Shown: piece by piece, positions 10,286-20,202 of the stretch
How positions within the stretch are numbered: the stretch's first letter is position 1
Layout: each line of letters begins with the position of its first letter
NCBI GenBank assembly: GCA_965248695.1
Contig: CBDFKD010000002.1
Location: 5,024,001-5,088,000 of the forward strand
DNA from: Acidobacteriota bacterium
GTDB lineage: Bacteria; Acidobacteriota; UBA890; WLXD01
DNA: 64,000 bases
Reading direction: 5' to 3'
The notes under the pieces: model-generated
The model's input: the letters and a program-made list of their open reading frames with translations, nothing else
Databases searched by the model: none
What the model was told of the DNA's origin: nothing
Position numbers and translations under genes: made by a program

Positions 10286-11482
10286 TCAGAAGGTGTCATT
10301 CTTGAGTCTGAACGTATCGGCCAAATCCGGGCTGTGATCGTCACCCACGACACGATGGGCCACGTAGTCGCCCATCATGATGCCGTGCTTGTAGCCGTGG
10401 CCTGAGCCGCCGCCGACGATCCAGACGTTGTCCATCTCCGGGTGGCGGTCGACGATGAAGTGGTCGTCGACGCTGTTTTCCAACTGGCACACCCGCGACT
10501 CGAGCACCGGCTGATCCGCCAGAGCCGGGAAAGCATGCACGACGAATTGGCGCGCCTGCGCGATCTCCTCGGCGGTCACGATCCGCTCGTCGGTGTCCGG
10601 ATCGAACGGGATGCTGTCCAAATAGGGTCGCACCTTCCAGCCGCGCCCCTCGATGCCCGGGAAGCCGTAAGCGCCCTGCATCTCCCACGTCGGACAGTTG
10701 GGGTAGATGAACCGGTTGTCGTCCATCGGTACGCCGTACCAGAAGGTGCTGCCGCGAGGAGTCTGGAGCTTGTTCTTCATCACCGAGGGAAACACTTTCG
10801 GCAGCCACGGGCCGCACGCGAAGACGAACGTATCGGCCGATACCGGCTCGCCGGTCGACAGCTCGATCTCCAGTAGCTTGCCTCCGGCGTGCCGACCGGG
10901 CTTGGCCCTGGCGGTGACCACCGTGCCGCCGGCGCGCTCGAAAGCTCCCGCGACGACGAAACAGGCTCGCCGCGCCATGAGGACACCGGTGCTGGGTACG
11001 TGGAACCCGAATTCGAACTCCTGGTGGTTGAACTGAGGATAGCGCCGAGCCAGCTCGTCGTGAGGCACGACCTCGTTGTCGATCCCGTGTCGATCGAGCA
11101 CCTCCTTGCTAGCCCGCAGATGCTCGGACCATTGGCGCGCCAGCGTCAGCTGACCCGTACGGTAGAAGAGTGGCCGTCCACCCCACTCCCTCTGGCGCGC
11201 GTCCCACCGGTCGAACGCTTGCACGACCCATCGGGTGTAGATCTCGCGCTCGCCGTATTGGGTACGGATCTGCCGACTCTCTCCGCCGGAGGCCGCCCGT
11301 GCGTTGCCGGCGCCGTAGGCGTCGATGAGCGTGACCCGGTGTCCCATTTCTCGCAGATAAAGGGCTGTCCAGCCGCCGAACGCTCCCGCCCCGATGACCG
11401 CTACGTCCGCCGTCGAGACGGCCGCCGGTCCGGACGTCTGAACCGCGTTGGTCGCTGCCCGCGGTTGCTCGTTGCCGCCCAA
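10286..11482 (-). CDS. FAD-dependent oxidoreductase, monomeric sarcosine oxidase/SolA family; start uncertain
   Basis: VIGAGAFG, ASGGESRQIR, ACGPW, GGGSGHGYKHG. No ATG start; TTG 11482 used. Confidence 0.8.
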   Translation of the reverse strand: MGGNEQPRAATNAVQTSGPAAVSTADVAVIGAGAFGGWTALYLREMGHRVTLIDAYGAGNARAASGGESRQIRTQYGEREIYTRWVVQAFDRWDARQREWGGRPLFYRTGQLTLARQWSEHLRASKEVLDRHGIDNEVVPHDELARRYPQFNHQEFEFGFHVPSTGVLMARRACFVVAGAFERAGGTVVTARAKPGRHAGGKLLEIELSTGEPVSADTFVFACGPWLPKVFPSVMKNKLQTPRGSTFWYGVPMDDNRFIYPNCPTWEMQGAYGFPGIEGRGWKVRPYLDSIPFDPDTDERIVTAEEIAQARQFVVHAFPALADQPVLESRVCQLENSVDDHFIVDRHPEMDNVWIVGGGSGHGYKHGIMMGDYVAHRVVGDDHSPDLADTFRLKNDTF

Positions 11483-11484
11483 CG

Positions 11485-12585
11485 TCAGCGCGCCTGCACG
11501 TTCAGCGGCCGGAAAGGTACGTATCTCACCAGGCGCTGCCGGTTGATTTCCCCCGCGTAGATGTTGCCGGCGAAGTCCACGCCAAGGAACTCGAGCCCCG
11601 GCCCGATGTCTGCGTCGTGTTGGGGAACGAAGTGCAGGACCCAAGCCTGCTCCTCTTTCAGGTCGCCGATCCGGATCCCCTTCTCCCACCCGAAGTTGCT
11701 CCGCCAGGTGTCCGGAGGGCCGGTTCTTGGCGTGCCCGAAAGGCCGTCGGCGGCGTAGAGGATATCGTTGCGGTCAATGAAGAGCCCGCTCGGCTTGCCG
11801 TATTGGGTCCAGATGTAGAGGGGCTTGCCGACTGGGTCGAAGACCTGGATCCGGCTGTTGCCGCGGTCGGCGACGTAGACGCGACCGCGGGAGTCGAGCT
11901 TGACGTCGTGGGGGTCGCTGAACCGACCCGGCTCCCTGCTCTCCGAACCGACGCCACCGCCCACTTCGAGAAGGAAGGTGCCGTCACGCGAGAACTTGAC
12001 GAGCCGGTTGTTTCCGCCCCGGTGCCCATCAGTGACCCAGATGTCCCCGTTTCTGGCGATCGCGACGCCGGACGGCCCGTTGAAATGGTGCGGACCGTTT
12101 CCCCAGACCCCGGCTTCGCCGAGCCGCATCACAACCCCTCCTCGCTGGTCGAGCTTCACGACCTGATGACCCAGCCCGAGGCTCTCACCAAGCTTCGCCC
12201 GGGCATCCCCGTGTGAGCCGCCCTCGGTCACCCAGAGAAAGCCCTCGTGATCCAGGTAGAAGCCGTGAGGGAAGCCGAAGATCCCTGCGCCGAAGCTCTC
12301 CACCAGGTTGCCGTCGAGGTCGAACTTGAGGATCGGATCCAAGTCGCTCCCGGCGCACTGATTCCCGCCACACCGGTCGAGCATCCACAGGTGCTGGCCG
12401 TCGGGGTCGGGGAAGGCTCCGCTCATGATCCCCAGCGTTCTTCCTTCGGGGAGTTTCTCCCAATCGAGCGTGACGCGGTACGGATTGATCGTGGAAGTTT
12501 GGGCGTACAGCCACCCGCCCAGCGTCACTGCCAACGCGCTCGAGACGGCCGCAACCGCCGCGCCTATCCGACGGGCATGCCGCAT
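11485..12585 (-). CDS. Secreted NHL-repeat protein (peptidyl-alpha-hydroxyglycine alpha-amidating lyase-like)
   Basis: Signal peptide; FPHG, FNGPSGVA, FSDPHDV, YVADRGNSRIQVFD NHL repeats. Confidence 0.85.
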   Translation of the reverse strand: MRHARRIGAAVAAVSSALAVTLGGWLYAQTSTINPYRVTLDWEKLPEGRTLGIMSGAFPDPDGQHLWMLDRCGGNQCAGSDLDPILKFDLDGNLVESFGAGIFGFPHGFYLDHEGFLWVTEGGSHGDARAKLGESLGLGHQVVKLDQRGGVVMRLGEAGVWGNGPHHFNGPSGVAIARNGDIWVTDGHRGGNNRLVKFSRDGTFLLEVGGGVGSESREPGRFSDPHDVKLDSRGRVYVADRGNSRIQVFDPVGKPLYIWTQYGKPSGLFIDRNDILYAADGLSGTPRTGPPDTWRSNFGWEKGIRIGDLKEEQAWVLHFVPQHDADIGPGLEFLGVDFAGNIYAGEINRQRLVRYVPFRPLNVQAR

Positions 12586-12590
12586 GCGAT

Positions 12591-12620
12591 CGGGCCTGTT
12601 TTGGTGCCGGGTTCCATGGC
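12591..12620 (-). pseudogene. Remnant of a Ser/Thr kinase gene N-terminus (AMEPGTKTGP)
   Basis: Resembles the xLxPGTKLGPY start of Pkn2-type kinases; lies between a promoter-arm variant and the NHL gene start. Confidence 0.5.
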
Positions 12621-12649
12621 CTTATCAAGGAGGCATAGGTGACCGGCTG

Positions 12650-12679
12650 AGCCTAGCGATGGAGCAAGCGAGGGTCCAG
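12650..12679 (-). promoter_or_regulatory. Variant of the repeated promoter arm (CTGGAC-N18-TAGGCT)
   Basis: agcctagcgatggagca...tcca resembles agcgtagcgccggagca...tcca at 29547. Confidence 0.45.
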
Positions 12680-12690
12680 GGTTCGGTTGC

Positions 12691-13866
12691 TCAGCCGGCA
12701 TCCACGGGTCTCCAGACCTGTTCCGCGATGCGGGCAAAGTTGCCTCCCATGATCGCCAGTATTGCGCTGTCGCCATAGCCGATATCAAGTAGTCGTTCGG
12801 TGATCTGGGGGATGGCATCGGGCTGAACGACCTGAGCGAACGGATCTGGGCCCGCCGAAGCGGGGTACTGGCGGGCGGGCCAGTACTTGGGGTCTGCCGG
12901 TGCATCGTCAGTTACCGGTGCATCGTCAGTTATCTGAACCGGTACGCTGTCGAGGCCGATGCCTACATGCTCGGGGCCAACCAGCTGAACCATGTATTCG
13001 ATATGGTCAACGAGGCGACTGACGGTACCGTCCTGCGGCCCGAGATACAGACTCACACCATTTATTGCGATTACGCCGCCCGTGGCAGCGCATGCCTCGA
13101 TGAGGTCGTCGGTGATGTTGCGCTCGTGATCCTGGAGGTTGCGGGCGTTCGAATGCGAGAAGATGACCGGCGAATCGGAGGCATCCATCGCCTCGAGGGC
13201 AGTTCGGTAGCCAGTGTGTGAACAGTCGACCAGCATTCCGACCCGATTCATTTCACGAATGACTGAGCGGCCGAACAGCGTCAGGCCGGTGTCGTCGTCG
13301 TGGCAACCGCCACCTGCCAGGTTGTTGAGATTGTAGGCGATGAGCATTTGGCGCACTCCGAGCCGGTAATAGAAGTCGACCATACCGACGTCACCGTTCA
13401 GGGCGCCCATACCCTCCAGGTCGAAACTGACCGCCAACTTGTTGTCGCGCCTGGCCTTCTGCACATCCTGAAAGGTCTCGACCTGAACGAAACGGTCGCT
13501 GTGCTTGCGAATCCAGTGCCGGTATTGCGACACCGCCTGGATAGCCAGTGTCCACGGGGTGGCGTCATAGCCGATGTTTACCGAGAGGAAGTCCGCGCCG
13601 GCGGCACTCCACAGCGCCAGCCACTGGAGATCTTCGGCCTTGTTGAAGCCCCAGCCGGCGTGATCGTCCCAAACCAGGGCTGAAGCGTGCAGGGCCGCCG
13701 CACGTTCCGAGACGCCCCAAGCTTGTACTTCGTCGATCAAAGCAGCGTGCGCATCGGCTGCCGCGGGTGGCGAGTGTGACCGGGCGACAAGAGCGGAAAG
13801 CGGCGTTCCTGCCAGAAACACGGGGCCGAGGAAACTGCCCAGAAACCGACGTCTTTGGATGCTCAT
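12691..13866 (-). CDS. Tat-exported membrane dipeptidase (M19 family)
   Basis: QRRRFL Tat motif, WDDH, DLEG, VDCSH, FSHSN, HVGIGLD. Confidence 0.9.
   Translation of the reverse strand: MSIQRRRFLGSFLGPVFLAGTPLSALVARSHSPPAAADAHAALIDEVQAWGVSERAAALHASALVWDDHAGWGFNKAEDLQWLALWSAAGADFLSVNIGYDATPWTLAIQAVSQYRHWIRKHSDRFVQVETFQDVQKARRDNKLAVSFDLEGMGALNGDVGMVDFYYRLGVRQMLIAYNLNNLAGGGCHDDDTGLTLFGRSVIREMNRVGMLVDCSHTGYRTALEAMDASDSPVIFSHSNARNLQDHERNITDDLIEACAATGGVIAINGVSLYLGPQDGTVSRLVDHIEYMVQLVGPEHVGIGLDSVPVQITDDAPVTDDAPADPKYWPARQYPASAGPDPFAQVVQPDAIPQITERLLDIGYGDSAILAIMGGNFARIAEQVWRPVDAG
12897..12932. repeat. Perfect 18-bp tandem duplication inside the M19 gene
   Basis: ccggtgcatcgtcagtta x2, encoding TDDAP twice. 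Confidence 0.9.
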
Positions 13867-14187
13867 TCAGACCACTACCCCTATCAATCAACCCGACAAG
13901 CCAGGTAGTCGATATCCTGCAACCTCCGCGCCGCCCGATGGTCCGGACCAATCCGACGAGCAGACCCGAGCCAGGCTCGTTGTCGGATCAGGGTACCTGA
14001 GACCTCCTCGGCGCGCGGCAAAAGCCCCTGATTGCGTCGCAAGCGGCATGAGATACGACGCTGAAGGAAGGAGATCGGGGACGAGTGCACGGCGCCCGGG
14101 CATCAGATAGGCTCTGGAGCCTTCCGCGCTAGGCTCCCCACGCCATACTTGCGCGCCGCCGATGTCTTCCAACTCCTCCGCGCCGAG

Positions 14188-15764
14188 ATGAACCTCCGCG
14201 ACCGCGACACTAATCCGGTACAGCCGACGGGCTTGGATTACTCACGAAAGCCAATAGAGGACTACGTCGACCTGATCGATGCGGCGGTCGTCTATGAGGT
14301 GGCGACGAGGACCCCGCTCGAGCTCGCCGGTAACCTGTCGGCGCGACTCGGCAACCGGATCCTGCTGAAGCGCGAGGACCTACAGCCGATCTTCTCGTTC
14401 AAGCTCCGCGGTGCATACAACAAGATCGCATCGCTCTCGCAGCAGGCGCTGGGCGCTGGGGTCATATGCAGCTCGGCCGGTAACCACGCGCAGGGCGTGG
14501 CACTCGCCGCGCGGCGGAAAGGCACGCGGGCGGTAATCGTCATGCCGGTCACGACACCGAGCATCAAGATCGATGCCGTCAGGGGGCTGGGAGGCGAGGT
14601 GATTTTGCATGGCGACACCTACGACGACGCCTACGGCAGGGCACGGGAGCTCGAGAAGATCGACGGTCTGACGTTCTCCATCCATTCGACGATCCCGCGG
14701 TTATCGCCGGCCAGGGCACCATCGGCAAGGAGATCCTCGAGCAGGCGGACGAAGCCGTGAGCGCCGTCTTTGTTCCCATCGGCGGTGGTGGGCTCATCTC
14801 GGGAATCGCAGCCTATATCAAGGCGAAACGGCCAGAAATCCGCATGATCGGCGTCGAGCCGGAGGATTCGGCGGCGATGGGAGACTCGGTCGCCGCCGGT
14901 GAGCGCGTCACCCTGGAGCATGTCGGCAGCTTTGCCGACGGCGTCGCCGTCAAGCAGGTGGGCGAGGAGACCTTTCGACTCTGCCGGGAGCTGGTCGACG
15001 ATTTCGTCACCGTCGATACGGATCAGATCTGTGCCGCCATTCGCGACATATTCGAGGACACGCGCTCGGTCGTAGAGCCTGCCGGAGCGCTGGCGACCGC
15101 CGGCGCGAAGCAATATCTCGCCGAACACGCAGCGCGGGACGAGACGGTCGTGGTGATCAACTGCGGCGCCAACGTCAACTTCGACCGGCTAGGCCACATC
15201 GCCGAGCGCGCCGCCGTCGGTGACCAGCAGGAGATGTTGCTGGCCGTCGAGATCCCGGAGAAGCGCGGCAGCTTCAAAGCATTCTCCGAAGCCGTCGGCC
15301 GGCGCGGCGTTACCGAATTCAACTACCGCTACAGCGACCCGAAGATCGCGCACATCTTCGTCGGCATCGAACTGCGTCGTGGACCGCGGGAACGAGCGGA
15401 GCTGATCGAGACGCTGCGGGGGCTCGGGTATCCGCTCGTCGACCTGAGCGATGACGAGTTGGCGAAGCTCCACATCAGGCACATGGTCGGCGGCAGGGCA
15501 GCGAACCTCGAGAACGAACGGCTGTTCCGCTTCGAGTTTCCGGAACGTCCCGGTGCCCTACTTGACTTCCTGACCGCGATCGGCGCGAACTGGAACGTTA
15601 GCCTCTTCCACTACGGGAACCACGGCTCCGACCACGGTCGGGTCCTCGCCGGCATCCAGGTGCCCAAAGAGGACTCGGACAAACTCGAGGCACACTTCAC
15701 CGAGCTGGGCTATCCGTACTGGGAGGAGAGCGACAATCCGGCCTACGCGATGTTCCTGGCTTGA
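14188..15764 (+). pseudogene. ilvA: Biosynthetic threonine ammonia-lyase, split by a frameshift near 14677
   Basis: [18 protein letters not shown] and SAGNHAQGV in one frame; VPIGGGGL, FADGVAV and the regulatory domains in another. ttc-tccatccattcgac lacks one base of the expected F-I-H-P-F-D. May be a sequencing error. Confidence 0.88.
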
Positions 15765-15848
15765 TGGCAAACTCGTGCTTTCACATCGGGGGCGACGTCA
15801 GGTCTCGGCGCGCGCGTGTGTCGAAAACCAGCCAAGGAAGATCGAACG

Positions 15849-17459
15849 ATGAGAAGTCTCGCTGCCGTCACCCTTGCGGGTGTTTTGTTGTCGGCCTGCG
15901 CCACCAGCCGGGGTGCCGACAATCGATCCGTGGTCGCGGCGCCGGGCACTAGCGGCACGCCCGAGTTTCTCCAGCCGATCGATCTGATTCGGTCCGCTCT
16001 CGGACCCTTCTCCTGGACGATCAGCACCAGCAAGCCACGAGCCCAGGAATACTTCGACCAGGGGATGCAGCTCCGGTATGCCTACAATGTGACGGAGGCA
16101 GCTCGCTCGATGGCCGAGGCGAGGCGCCTGGATCCCCAGTGCGCGATGTGCTTCTGGGGCGAGGCCTTCGCCCTGGGCTCGTTTCTCAACGGCGGCATGA
16201 GCGTCGATCGATCACTGCGGGCGCACGCGGCGATCGAGGAAGCAGTCGCTCTTTCAAGCAGCGCGACAGCCGTCGAGCGCGACCTGATTCTGGCGGCGCG
16301 AGATCGCTACCCCGCGAACTACGACCCTGAACAACGGCGCCCAGTCGACGAATCGTTCGCCGAGGAAATGGCGAAGGTGTACGAGAAGTACCCGGACCAT
16401 CAGGAGGTAGCCGTCGTATATGCGGTGGCTCTGTTCCTGCTCGAGGAGAGACTCGGTCACCGAGATGTCGAGGACCCCGATCTGATTCGACTTCACGGAG
16501 TGCTGACCGGCGTCCTGGAGGACAACATCGAGCATCCCGGCGCATGCCACCTCTACGTACACGCAACGGAGTCGAGCCAGCACCCGGAGTTGGCGCTCGA
16601 GTGTGCCGAACATCTCGGTCGGGCGGTGAAGGTCGCCAGCCACGTCCAGCACATGCCCTCGCATACCTGGAACGAGGTCGGTCTGTGGGGGCGGTCGGTC
16701 CAGGCCAACACTGCGGCCTGGCACTCGGACCAGAAAGCGGCGAAGAAACTCGGCTTCTCCTACGGGAGGACACACAACCTGCACATGCTGCTGTTCGCCG
16801 CCTCGATGGACGGACAGGGCGCGATCGCGACGCAGGCGGGCAAGGATTTCGCGAAAGTCGGTGGCAACACGATGCATCAGGTGTTGACCCTTCTGCGCTT
16901 CGGTCGTTTCGACGAGATCCTCCAAGTCAAGAAGCGCCCCTCGACTGAGATCGCTGGCGGCTTCTGGGAGTTCGCCCAAGGCTATGCCGAGCTACGGACC
17001 GGCGACGCAGCGGCTGCGGGCGAGCATCTGGCGCGGGTTCAGGACCTGGCGGAGCATTCCGAGGCAATGCTCCGGTTCCACGAAGGCAAACAGCTGATGG
17101 GCCTCGCAGCGGCGATCCTCGAAGGTGAGATCCTCCGCGCCCAGGGCGACCTCCAAGCCGCGATCGACGCGTTCGAGCGCGCTGCCGCCTTCGACGACCA
17201 GCAGCGCTACGACGAGCCCGAGCCGATCCCGTTCGCAGCCCGCCACTGGCTTGGCGCGGCACTCCTCGAGGCCGGGCGCCCGGCCGAAGCGGAGGACGTG
17301 TACCGAACCGAGCTCGCGGACCATCCGCACAACGTGTGGTCGCTCCACGGTCTGAGAGTCGCATTGGAGGCCCAAGGCAAGGCCGACCCAGAGGTGGAGC
17401 GAGACTTCGCCCAGAGCACTGCCAGAAGTGACACCTGGATCACTGCCTCCAGGTTCTAG
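15849..17459 (+). CDS. TPR-repeat lipoprotein
   Basis: LSAC lipobox, AQEYFDQG, DPQCAMCFWGEA, HPGACHLYVH, HMPSH, YDEP. Confidence 0.85.
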   Translation: MRSLAAVTLAGVLLSACATSRGADNRSVVAAPGTSGTPEFLQPIDLIRSALGPFSWTISTSKPRAQEYFDQGMQLRYAYNVTEAARSMAEARRLDPQCAMCFWGEAFALGSFLNGGMSVDRSLRAHAAIEEAVALSSSATAVERDLILAARDRYPANYDPEQRRPVDESFAEEMAKVYEKYPDHQEVAVVYAVALFLLEERLGHRDVEDPDLIRLHGVLTGVLEDNIEHPGACHLYVHATESSQHPELALECAEHLGRAVKVASHVQHMPSHTWNEVGLWGRSVQANTAAWHSDQKAAKKLGFSYGRTHNLHMLLFAASMDGQGAIATQAGKDFAKVGGNTMHQVLTLLRFGRFDEILQVKKRPSTEIAGGFWEFAQGYAELRTGDAAAAGEHLARVQDLAEHSEAMLRFHEGKQLMGLAAAILEGEILRAQGDLQAAIDAFERAAAFDDQQRYDEPEPIPFAARHWLGAALLEAGRPAEAEDVYRTELADHPHNVWSLHGLRVALEAQGKADPEVERDFAQSTARSDTWITASRF

Positions 17460-17504
17460 CGCGAACCAGCGGACCTCAACTCTTCCCCAAACCCGCGGAC
17501 CGGA

Positions 17505-17921
17505 TCAGATCCAACGCTTGCTTTCGGTCCGCTTCGAATACCAGATCATGAACGCTGCCACTACCGACGACATTAGAGTCCCGACCCAGACCTCGATTGG
17601 AACGTCGGCTGCGCCGAGGAAGGGGAACATCTGCACAACGACGCCAAGTAGCGACGCGATGAACAGGTAGTACGCAGCCGACTTCCTGAGCAGAAGCAGG
17701 AGGCAGCCAAGCGCGCCGCCGAAGACGCCGAGCGCAAAAGCTCCGGTAGCCCATACGGGCCGGCTTTCGATGATCGCCCGGTACGACTCGGACGTGGAAG
17801 CGAGCACGTCCGCATCCATCTGCGAGAAGAAGTTCATGATGCCCAACACATTCCAGATCAGCGCCACAGCGCCGATCGCCCAGAAACTCCACGGAACACT
17901 TCCAGCCGACTTGTCGCTCAT
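17505..17921 (-). CDS. Small membrane protein (about 4 TM helices)
   Basis: PWSFWAIGAVALIWN, PVWATGAFALGVFGGALGCLLLLLRK; RBS before ATG 17921. Confidence 0.8.
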   Translation of the reverse strand: MSDKSAGSVPWSFWAIGAVALIWNVLGIMNFFSQMDADVLASTSESYRAIIESRPVWATGAFALGVFGGALGCLLLLLRKSAAYYLFIASLLGVVVQMFPFLGAADVPIEVWVGTLMSSVVAAFMIWYSKRTESKRWI

Positions 17922-17972
17922 CGCATCCCCCGAGTCCCTGCTGTCTATCGCCCGGTAACGGGCGAGCGCCGC

Positions 17973-18004
17973 AAGCGTATCGTCAGCGCCGCCGAGTTCC
18001 AACG
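17973..18004 (-). promoter_or_regulatory. 32-bp repeated arm, sigma70-like TTGGAA-N17-TACGCT
   Basis: aagcgtatcgtcagcgccgccgagttccaacg; 30/32 identical to 19769-19800. Confidence 0.75.
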
Positions 18005-18168
18005 AGTCATTGCCAACTCACAAGCGCTCACGTATTTTGCCGCAGTCGCTCGGCTAGTGCCCGGCTGCTGCCTCGATCTGGCAGCGCGATGGCGTGGCGG
18101 CAGATCGTGGGCTGGTACCTACACGAGGACATGGAGCGGCTTCGACCTGTTGGCGCCATGGCCAGCGC

Positions 18169-18855
18169 CTAATCGGATGCGATCAAGCTCATCGCGAGGC
18201 CGCCGTTCGCGTCTGCCCGCACCTGCACCTCGCGCTGGAGGATGCGGTCACCCGCAACTCCCCACGCTGTTAGCAGGTACGACTGCTTCGGGATGTCCTC
18301 GACGCGAAAGCTCCCCTGATCATTAGCGATCGCCGCATATGGGTGCGAGACCACGAGGATGAGCGCCATCATCCCCGGGTGCATGTCGCAGCTGACGCTA
18401 TAGGGGCCGTTCTGCTCGAACCGGTGCTCGATCTCGTCGTCTTGCCTCAGGTCAACGTTGATGACCACGGCCTGTGTCTGCGCCTGTGTCACGCGCACGT
18501 TGTGCTCGGTGTCGTCGCCGTTGCCGAACCGCACCTGCTGACCTCTCGCGGCGATCGCCATCCGCGGAGCGAAGGTGCGGCCGAACTGCTCGATCGCGAT
18601 CGCCGTTGCCGGTGCCTCGCGTTCCGGTGCAACCGACGCTGCCTCTGCGAGAGGCTCCAACGACACGACCGCCGGGCCGAGCCCATCGGGGAGCGTCGCG
18701 AGCAGCGTTGCCGCCGCCGCGTCGGGATCAGCCGAGCTGTCGGGCTCGGGAGCGGCCGATCGCGAGCCGCCGGGAGCACACGACACCAGCACGAGCGTGA
18801 TGACCGTCGACCCCACCATCGGTCGCCGTTCCCGGGGGGCACGTCGCGAGTTCAT
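18169..18855 (-). CDS. Cupredoxin-like lipoprotein with a carboxypeptidase-regulatory-like C-terminus
   Basis: LVSC lipobox, FAPR, NGDDTEHNV and CDMHPGM copper-ligand pattern. Confidence 0.75.
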   Translation of the reverse strand: MNSRRAPRERRPMVGSTVITLVLVSCAPGGSRSAAPEPDSSADPDAAAATLLATLPDGLGPAVVSLEPLAEAASVAPEREAPATAIAIEQFGRTFAPRMAIAARGQQVRFGNGDDTEHNVRVTQAQTQAVVINVDLRQDDEIEHRFEQNGPYSVSCDMHPGMMALILVVSHPYAAIANDQGSFRVEDIPKQSYLLTAWGVAGDRILQREVQVRADANGGLAMSLIASD

Positions 18856-18930
18856 GCCGCGAAGTCTAACGAACTGTCGGTCCTCCAGTCAGCGGGCACG
18901 GCGGTGATGAAGCTACCGAGCTCCGATGCT

Positions 18931-18960
18931 AGTAGCCCCAATGGCGAAGATGTTGAACAC
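18931..18960. repeat. att-like copy of the tRNA-Glu 3' end
   Basis: agtagccccaatgg is 13/14 identical to 27684-27697; continues cgaagatgttgaac like ccaggatgttgaac at 22403. Confidence 0.75.
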
Positions 18961-19043
18961 CACGCAGAGTTCGTGGCGCGGCTCGCGAAGGCGGGGTAGG
19001 CGCTACTGACGTTCGCGCGACCCCAGGCGTTGCATGTTGCGGT

Positions 19044-19628
19044 TCAGCGAGCCGGTCGCAACATCGGCACGAACGGTGGTGACGTTCCCACTTGGACCTC
19101 GCCGAGCACCTCGAAGCCGTGGCGCTGATAGAGGGAGACGTTTCTCGGGTTCGTCGATTCCAGATATGCCGGCGTCTGATCATGGTCGCATTGCTGCGCG
19201 GCATACTTCATGAGCGCGCCCCCGATCCCCTTTCCCCGATACGCCGGGTCAACCCCGATGAGCGGCAGATACCAGTGCGGCTCGGCAGGGTGGTATCCAG
19301 CCAGCTGCTCGAACACTGCGTAGAGGTCGGTGCGGACCGACTCCGAGACGGTACTCTCAATGACCTCGCCCAGAGCTTCCTCATCAGGGTGCACATCGGG
19401 CGGCAGCCAGAGGGCGGTGCCGGCGCATTCCCCGGTGCAGTGGGCACTACCGTGGGCGAAGGAGCTGCCGGCAAACGCACGCGCGAACCGAGGCATGTTC
19501 GTCAGATACTGATGCGGATCCGGATAGCACCATCTCGCCACCGGATCGGCGACGAACGCCAGTACGATCGCATCGATTGCCGGACTCTCGTCGGCCTGAG
19601 TCGTCGTTCTGATCTCAGGGATCTCCAT
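19044..19628 (-). CDS. GNAT family N-acetyltransferase
   Basis: PHWYLPLIGVDPAYRGKGIG, AYLESTNPRNVSLYQRHGF; GGAGG RBS. Confidence 0.9.
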   Translation of the reverse strand: MEIPEIRTTTQADESPAIDAIVLAFVADPVARWCYPDPHQYLTNMPRFARAFAGSSFAHGSAHCTGECAGTALWLPPDVHPDEEALGEVIESTVSESVRTDLYAVFEQLAGYHPAEPHWYLPLIGVDPAYRGKGIGGALMKYAAQQCDHDQTPAYLESTNPRNVSLYQRHGFEVLGEVQVGTSPPFVPMLRPAR

Positions 19629-19768
19629 GGCTTCCTCCGGAGGCTGATCTGGTTCCCGTGTCCGCGATCGCGCGGATCGCGCTCCAGCTTGTCTAGTGGT
19701 CTCTCGCACTGACTGGCGCGAACAACGCAGCCGTGAAAGACCTACGAAGCAGGACGATGGGCGCCCAG

Positions 19769-19992
19769 AAGCGTATCGTCAGCGCCGGCGAGATCCAACG
19801 CCAGGTGTAGAGAGGCTATCGGGCGGCAGTTGAATTGAGGTAGTAGGCCCAATCACCCCGAGTTGGAACCGGATCTAGGAAGAGCTCCGAGGGCTGGATC
19901 GGCTACTTGCCTGATTCGGAGGGCTGAGCGCGTTACGGGGCCGTTGGCACGAGCCGCTTCACCTCCTCGAACCGGGTGGTGACGAGCGTCAC
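19769..19992. repeat. Complete cassette junction: promoter arm (19769-19800), tRNA-Glu-like core (19842-19852), recombinase-like tail (19840-19914, +), kinase C-terminal remnant (19933-19992, -)
   Basis: TTGGAT-N17-TACGCT on the minus strand; agtaggcccaa core; plus-strand translation VVGPITPSWNRI*EELRGLDRLLA*; minus-strand translation VTLVTTRFEEVKRLVPTAP*. Confidence 0.75.
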
Positions 19993-20202
19993 GCAATGGC
20001 TACTGGCCCGCATCTGCGCGCGGCTTTCGCACTCCTTCAGTTCCTAATACTCGAAGGACTTGCCGAGGAGTCGCGGGCCTGACTTCTACTGTCCAGGCAT
20101 AGACGGGCCGAGCCACACGAACCGGTACTCCCACGAGCAGCGAGAGCAGCTACGTATCTCCGACGACGGTGTGCTGGGTCCGCTTGAACCGATTCGCTTG
20201 TC

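Noticed and set aside
17455-17500. Possible further kinase C-terminal remnant (FGEELRSAGSR*)
   Set aside because: Only about 12 nt align; cannot be separated from chance by eye.
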